This document shows positions 28,538 to 33,825 of a stretch of 33,825 bases of DNA, piece after piece. The stretch spans positions 1 through 33,825 of the forward strand of contig JBLIGH010000001.1 in assembly GCA_047636855.1 (NCBI GenBank), in the 5' to 3' direction. Source of the stretch: Pseudorhodobacter sp. Lineage in GTDB: Bacteria; Pseudomonadota; Alphaproteobacteria; Rhodobacterales; Rhodobacteraceae. Position numbers and translations under genes: made by a program. The notes beneath the pieces were generated by a model. It saw only the letters and a program-made list of their open reading frames with translations. It was not told the DNA's origin and did no database searches. The first letter of the stretch is position 1; the number at the start of each line of letters is the position of its first letter.

Positions 28538-29503
28538 ATGGCACGGATTTTTGTTGCAGGTCATCGCGGTATGGTTGGCGGTGCTATTTTGCGCCAATTG
28601 CAGACACGCGGCGCGGATGAGGTGATCACCCGGACCCGCGCCGAGTTGGACCTGACAGATCAAGCGGCGGTGCGTCATTTCATGACCGAAGCGCGCCCCG
28701 ATCAGGTTATTTTGGCGGCTGCCAAAGTCGGCGGCATCCATGCCAATGACAGTTATCCTGCCGATTTCATCTATGATAATTTGCTGATCCAGAACCACGT
28801 GATCGGAGAGGCACACCGTGCCGGGGTGCAGCGCTTGCTGTTTCTGGGTTCCAGCTGCATTTACCCGCGCGAGGCCGCGCAACCAATGGCCGAAGATGCG
28901 CTTTTGACGGGGCGGTTGGAGCCAACAAACGAAGCCTATGCCGTGGCCAAGATCGCAGGCATCAAGCTGTGCGAAAGCTTCAACCGCCAGCATGGCCGTG
29001 ATTACCGCTCGGTGATGCCAACCAATCTTTACGGGCCGGGGGATAATTTTCACCCTGAAAACGCACATGTGCTGCCCGCCCTTATGCGCCGCTTCCACGA
29101 GGCCACCCTAAGCGGCGCGCCGGAAGTGGTGATCTGGGGCTCTGGTCGGCCGATGCGCGAATTTCTGCATGTCGATGATATGGCGGCAGCTTGTTTGTTC
29201 GTCATGGCCCTGCCAACAGAAGCCTATGCCAGTCGTAGCAGCCCGATGCAAAGCCATATCAATCTGGGCACAGGGCAGGATGTGACCATTGCAGCGCTGG
29301 CGGCCTTGGTGGCGCAGGTGACGGGCTACCGAGGTCGTCTTCGCTTTGATGCCAGCCGCCCCGATGGCACAATGCGCAAGCTGCTGGATGTATCCTTGCT
29401 GACCGGTTTGGGCTGGCAGGCCGCCATTCCGCTGGATCAGGGGTTGCGCGATACTTACGCTTGGTATCTGGCGCAAAGGGCCGCAGGCACAGCCAGACTT
29501 TGA
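28538..29503 (+). CDS. fcl: GDP-L-fucose synthase
   Basis: Motifs [42 protein letters not shown] and [15 protein letters not shown]. Confidence 0.96.
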   Translation: MARIFVAGHRGMVGGAILRQLQTRGADEVITRTRAELDLTDQAAVRHFMTEARPDQVILAAAKVGGIHANDSYPADFIYDNLLIQNHVIGEAHRAGVQRLLFLGSSCIYPREAAQPMAEDALLTGRLEPTNEAYAVAKIAGIKLCESFNRQHGRDYRSVMPTNLYGPGDNFHPENAHVLPALMRRFHEATLSGAPEVVIWGSGRPMREFLHVDDMAAACLFVMALPTEAYASRSSPMQSHINLGTGQDVTIAALAALVAQVTGYRGRLRFDASRPDGTMRKLLDVSLLTGLGWQAAIPLDQGLRDTYAWYLAQRAAGTARL

Positions 29504-29651
29504 GCGCAAAATTCAACCATAGGGTTTGGCATTTTTGCGAGGCGGGATGGTGGCATTTAACCGTATCGTCAGCAGCGACCCAAGCAGATCAGCCCGGACT
29601 GTGCCGCCGCCTCGGGACCAAATCTGGGCGATAATCGCCTTTAGGTTGATA

Positions 29652-29675
29652 TTATAGGCAAATTTCAGCCTATAA
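29652..29675. promoter_or_regulatory. Palindromic candidate operator upstream of manC
   Basis: TTATAGGC-N8-GCCTATAA, with perfect 8-bp arms, in an AT-rich stretch. Confidence 0.4.
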
Positions 29676-29831
29676 GTGATCTATACAAACGGAAACTCGC
29701 TGCATTGCCGCATCCTTGCTTGTCTCGCCAGCGAACGCCAGACTATATTGAAACAGTTCGCCCTAACACGCTGCTCGATTTAGCCGACCCATATCTTGAT
29801 TTATTGCCCTTAAAATGCAGGTAGCAGTCAC

Positions 29832-31253
29832 GTGATTACACCGGTTTTACTTTGTGGAGGTTCGGGTACGCGCCTTTGGCCCCTGTCGCGAAAAAGTTAC
29901 CCCAAGCAGTTCGCCTCTATTATCGAAGAGGGAACATTATTTCAGGCCTCGGTACAGCGCTTGGCAGGGCCTGACTACGCGGCCCCCTTGGTGATAACGG
30001 CGGATGCTTTCCGCTTTATTGTAACCGAGCAATTGGCCGCTATCGGCTGCACACCGGGTGCGGTGCTGATTGAACCCACAGCACGCGATACCGGCCCTGC
30101 GATTCTGGCCTGTGCGTTGCATCTGGCCGCAACCGATCCAGAGGCCCTGATGCTCGTGGCCCCATCAGATCACGTCATCCCCGAAACCGCCCTGTTTGGC
30201 CAGACTGTCGCTGCCGCTGTGCCTGCGGCTTTGGCTGGGCAACTGGTGACGTTTGGGATCACACCAGACCGTCCCGAAACGGGATATGGCTATTTGGAAC
30301 TTGATGCGGCCCCTGTGCCGGGGGCGCCCCCTGCCCCAATCGGGCTGCGCGCCTTTGTTGAAAAGCCTGATGCCGTGCGGGCCGAAGCGATGCTGACCGA
30401 AGGGCGCTACCTGTGGAATGCCGGCATTTTCTTGTTCAAAGCCTCGGCCATCATCGCGGCTTTCGACACGCATGTGCCGGGCATGTCCAAAGCCGTGGGC
30501 AATGCGCTTTCAGCGGCCAAGCTGGATCTGGGTTTTGTGCGGCTGGCCCCTGCCCCATGGGCCGAGGCGCAGGCGATTTCTATCGACTATGCTGTGATGG
30601 AAAAGGCTAAAAACCTGTCGGTCGTACCCTATTCAGGGCGCTGGTCGGACTTGGGGGATTGGGCTTCTGTCTGGCGTGAAACGGCGGATGCCACAGGCGT
30701 GGCATTGTCGGGCCCTGCGTTGGCAATTGATTGTCGCAACACTTTGCTGCGCGCCGAAGGTGTGGCGCAAAAAGTAGTGGGCATTGGGTTGGACGACATC
30801 ATCGCCGTTGCCATGCCTGACGCGGTGTTGATCGCTCATAAATCCCGCAGCCAAGAGGTGAAAGCCGCTGTCGCTGCGCTGAAATCCGAAGGCGCAGTAC
30901 AGGCCGAAACCTTTCCGCGCGATCACCGGCCTTGGGGCTGGTTTGAAAGCCTTGTGGTCGGCGACCGGTTTCAGGTCAAACGCATCGTGGTGCACCCCGG
31001 CGCGGCCCTGTCATTGCAAAGCCATCATCACCGCTCCGAGCATTGGATCGTGGTGCAGGGCACGGCTAAGGTGACCGTGGGCGAAGACGTCAAGCTGGTG
31101 ACGGAAAACCAATCGATATACGTCCCGCTGGGGGCTTTGCACCGAATGGAAAACCCGGGTAAGATGCCTATGGTCTTGATCGAAGTGCAGACCGGCAGCT
31201 ATCTGGGCGAGGATGACATTATCCGCTATGAAGATGTTTATGCCCGTGAGTGA
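29832..31253 (+). CDS. manC: Mannose-1-phosphate guanylyltransferase/mannose-6-phosphate isomerase
   Basis: Motifs GGSGTRLWPLSR...PKQF, FVEKP, WNAGIF and SIDYAVME; cupin RPWG...LSLQSHHHRSEHW; GEDDIIR. Confidence 0.96.
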   Translation: MITPVLLCGGSGTRLWPLSRKSYPKQFASIIEEGTLFQASVQRLAGPDYAAPLVITADAFRFIVTEQLAAIGCTPGAVLIEPTARDTGPAILACALHLAATDPEALMLVAPSDHVIPETALFGQTVAAAVPAALAGQLVTFGITPDRPETGYGYLELDAAPVPGAPPAPIGLRAFVEKPDAVRAEAMLTEGRYLWNAGIFLFKASAIIAAFDTHVPGMSKAVGNALSAAKLDLGFVRLAPAPWAEAQAISIDYAVMEKAKNLSVVPYSGRWSDLGDWASVWRETADATGVALSGPALAIDCRNTLLRAEGVAQKVVGIGLDDIIAVAMPDAVLIAHKSRSQEVKAAVAALKSEGAVQAETFPRDHRPWGWFESLVVGDRFQVKRIVVHPGAALSLQSHHHRSEHWIVVQGTAKVTVGEDVKLVTENQSIYVPLGALHRMENPGKMPMVLIEVQTGSYLGEDDIIRYEDVYARE

Positions 31254-31342
31254 CACGAAAACCCCTGACCTTGAACAGATGAAGACTGCTGCATTCCTTT
31301 GCGGGAAACGCGGCGGGACCTAAAATATAGAAAGAGTGCACC

Positions 31343-32647
31343 ATGCGCATCGCGATCATTGGGACCGGTTATGTCGGCTTGGTTTCTGGCGTTTGTTTTT
31401 CGGATTTCGGCCACCATGTGGTTTGCGTCGATAAAGACCCGGCCAAACTGGCCATGCTAGAGGCCGGCCAGGTCCCGATTTACGAGCCTGGTCTGGATGA
31501 TCTGATGGCGCGCAATGTGGCAGCGGGGCGTTTGTCTTTCACCGGTGACCTGAAGTCCGCTGTCGCCGGGGCCGAGGCTGTGTTTATCGCCGTTGGCACG
31601 CCGACACGGCGCGGCGATGGCCATGCCGATCTGACCTATGTTTATGCCGCCGCCGCCGAGATTGCCGATGCCCTGACCAGCTATACGGTTGTTGTAACCA
31701 AATCGACGGTCCCGGTTGGCACCAATCGCAAAGTCGCTGAAATTATTGCAGCGCAAAACCCGGATGCCGAATTTGACGTGGCCTCGAACCCGGAATTTTT
31801 GCGCGAAGGGGCTGCGATTGATGATTTCATGCGCCCGGACCGTGTGGTCGTTGGCGTTGAAAGTGAACGGGCACGCGATGTGATGGCCGATCTGTATCGC
31901 CCGCTTTATTTGCGCGATTTTCCGGTCGTCTATACGGGTCTGGAAAGCGCCGAGATGATCAAATACGCCGCCAATGCGTTTTTGGCGACCAAGATCACCT
32001 TCATCAATGAAATTGCCGCGCTGTGCGAAAAGGTCGGCGCTGATATCAAGGATGTATCCAAAGGCATGGGGCTGGATGGCCGTATCGGTGGGCGGTTTTT
32101 GCATGCAGGCCCCGGTTATGGCGGCTCGTGTTTTCCAAAGGACACGCGCGCTTTGGCACGGATCGGGCAAGAACATGCCGTGCCGATGCAGATCACCGAA
32201 GCGGTCATCACCATCAATGAACAGGTCAAACGCCGCATGGTCGACAAGATCATGAACCTTTGCGGTGGTTCTGTGAATGGCAAGACGGTGGCTGTTTTGG
32301 GGGTCACATTCAAACCCAATACCGACGACATGCGCGAAGCCCCCTCGTTGACCATTATTCCGGCGATGATCGGTGCGGGCGCAACCGTGCGGGTGACCGA
32401 TCCGCAGGGTCTGCGCGAAGGCAAGGGCTTGTTGCCCGGCGTGACATGGTGTGCGGATGCATACGAGGCCGCCGAACAGGCCGATGCTGTGGTGATCTTG
32501 ACCGAATGGAACGAGTTTCGCGCGTTGGATCTGTCGCGGCTGGCCGCCGGTATGCGGCAGGCCCAGATTGCCGATTTGCGCAATATCTATGACCGTCAGA
32601 CCTTGCAAGATGCGGGCTTTACCGCCCATGTCGCGATCGGGCGTTGA
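31343..32647 (+). CDS. ugd: UDP-glucose 6-dehydrogenase
   Basis: Motifs GTGYVGL, KSTVP, NPEFLREG, KYAANAFLA, GYGGSCFPKD and FKPNTDD. Confidence 0.95.
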   Translation: MRIAIIGTGYVGLVSGVCFSDFGHHVVCVDKDPAKLAMLEAGQVPIYEPGLDDLMARNVAAGRLSFTGDLKSAVAGAEAVFIAVGTPTRRGDGHADLTYVYAAAAEIADALTSYTVVVTKSTVPVGTNRKVAEIIAAQNPDAEFDVASNPEFLREGAAIDDFMRPDRVVVGVESERARDVMADLYRPLYLRDFPVVYTGLESAEMIKYAANAFLATKITFINEIAALCEKVGADIKDVSKGMGLDGRIGGRFLHAGPGYGGSCFPKDTRALARIGQEHAVPMQITEAVITINEQVKRRMVDKIMNLCGGSVNGKTVAVLGVTFKPNTDDMREAPSLTIIPAMIGAGATVRVTDPQGLREGKGLLPGVTWCADAYEAAEQADAVVILTEWNEFRALDLSRLAAGMRQAQIADLRNIYDRQTLQDAGFTAHVAIGR

Positions 32648-32744
32648 ACCGCTACGGCGCTTTCAGCAAGCTGATGCTTTGCGCATTCTTACCCTTTTTG
32701 ATCCGACCCGCCCGCTTGAATTTCCAGATTGAACGAGGGGGAAC

Positions 32745-33825
32745 ATGATCACGCTTGCGCAGCTAGAGGCCGAGGCAATGGCCTCGCCGCGCAATCACTG
32801 GCTGCGGCTGGAAGCGGTGCTGCTGTGCCTGCGCCAAGGTCAACCGGCCGAGGCGTTGCGGCGATTGGAGGCGGTAGCGCATTCACCGCAGATCGGCCCG
32901 GGCGTTATTGCCAGTTACCAAGCGCTGATTGCCACCTACCTTGCGCCGCCGGGTCAAACCCCTTTGTACCAATTGCGCAGCGCACCGGACTATCACCGAC
33001 CCCGTTCCGGCAACCGGTTCAATCCCGCTTTGCCAGAGCTGAGGCCACAACATGCAGTGCCGCAAGGCTTTCCGTTTGATATGGCGATGCCTGCCATGGG
33101 CGGGGTTGGGAATGAAGCCAACTTTCTGACCGAAGCTGCCAATCAAACAGTGCTTGGCCCGGCCCCGCCACAAGGTCGGCTGCATATCGTGGCGCAGATT
33201 GAAACCGCCGCTGAACTTACGGCCCTTGCCCGGGCGCTTGCCAAGCAAAGCCTTTGTCCTGATCAGGCCCAGCTGACTGTGTTTATCGCCGCCGACCTGC
33301 CTCAGGGGCCAATGCCGCTGCACACCCGTTGGCAGAAAGGCAAACCTTGGCATCTGCCCCGCTCAGAGCAAATAAACCTCTTTACCGATAATGCCGATGT
33401 CGTGCTGTTTTTAGGGCCGGGCACCCAGCTCGATTCGACCTTGGCCGAACGCGCCCTGCGCTATTTCAACCTATCCGACGCGCTGTTGATGCCGCTGGTG
33501 GCGCTAGGGGATATTCGCACCCCAGACACCCCGCCGCTCACGGTCTTTGCCGATCGTTTGGTTCAAAAAGCTTGGCATGGTCACCGTTTTCCGTTCCGGG
33601 CAGTCAAAAGCCTGAACTTCGCGGTATCAGCCGCGCGGTTTCGTCAGCTTGCAGGCTTCGAGCCCCGCTTTGCGGCAGAACAGGTCTGTGCCTCGGAATT
33701 CGCCTTTCGGCTTTTTGAGAGCGGCGGCTATATCCGGCCGTTGGCAGTGGCGGGGGATGTGGCGCAGCCCCAGACCGCAGGCGATGTTGATCATGCGTTA
33801 TACCGGCAGCTTTGCCCCAATATCT
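32745..33825 (+). CDS. Partial glycosyltransferase-like protein (degenerate GT2, KfoC/PmHAS-like); runs off the window and is not in the ORF track
   Basis: GAGGGGG RBS, ATG 32745, and an open frame to the window end by my own translation: MITLAQLEAE...FPFRAVKSLNFAVSAARFRQLAGFEPRF...EFAFRLFESGGYIRPL. Confidence 0.7.
   Translation, partial: MITLAQLEAEAMASPRNHWLRLEAVLLCLRQGQPAEALRRLEAVAHSPQIGPGVIASYQALIATYLAPPGQTPLYQLRSAPDYHRPRSGNRFNPALPELRPQHAVPQGFPFDMAMPAMGGVGNEANFLTEAANQTVLGPAPPQGRLHIVAQIETAAELTALARALAKQSLCPDQAQLTVFIAADLPQGPMPLHTRWQKGKPWHLPRSEQINLFTDNADVVLFLGPGTQLDSTLAERALRYFNLSDALLMPLVALGDIRTPDTPPLTVFADRLVQKAWHGHRFPFRAVKSLNFAVSAARFRQLAGFEPRFAAEQVCASEFAFRLFESGGYIRPLAVAGDVAQPQTAGDVDHALYRQLCPNI

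Noticed and set aside
1-33825. CRISPR array, rRNA or tRNA genes
   Set aside because: No regularly spaced repeats, rRNA signatures or cloverleaf/T-loop motifs were seen in the intergenic regions.

Overview
GC-rich alphaproteobacterial (Rhodobacteraceae-like, by protein resemblance) chromosomal window. From left to right it contains: (1) a decayed IS256/tyrosine-integrase scar; (2) serB, zapE and an Lrp regulator divergent from a class V PLP enzyme; (3) a Crp + CHASE2 adenylate cyclase + FecR-domain cAMP module; (4) a Liv-type ABC importer divergent from a RamB/ScfR-family regulator, with a candidate operator between them, followed by an acetoin reductase; (5) queCDE preceded by a very clear preQ1 class I riboswitch; (6) an orphan DUF2793 GTA/phage tail-fibre gene plus a small fibre-associated gene, with no other phage genes in the window; (7) directly upstream of the fibre, a surface-glycan locus with a fused glycosyltransferase/fucosyltransferase, two methyltransferases, a pyruvyltransferase, gmd, fcl, manC, ugd and a degenerate KfoC-like glycosyltransferase running off the end. 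The most interesting hypothesis is a linked, possibly CtrA-controlled 'receptor glycan + GTA fibre' recognition cassette. All protein calls come from recognising motifs by eye; no database searches were run.
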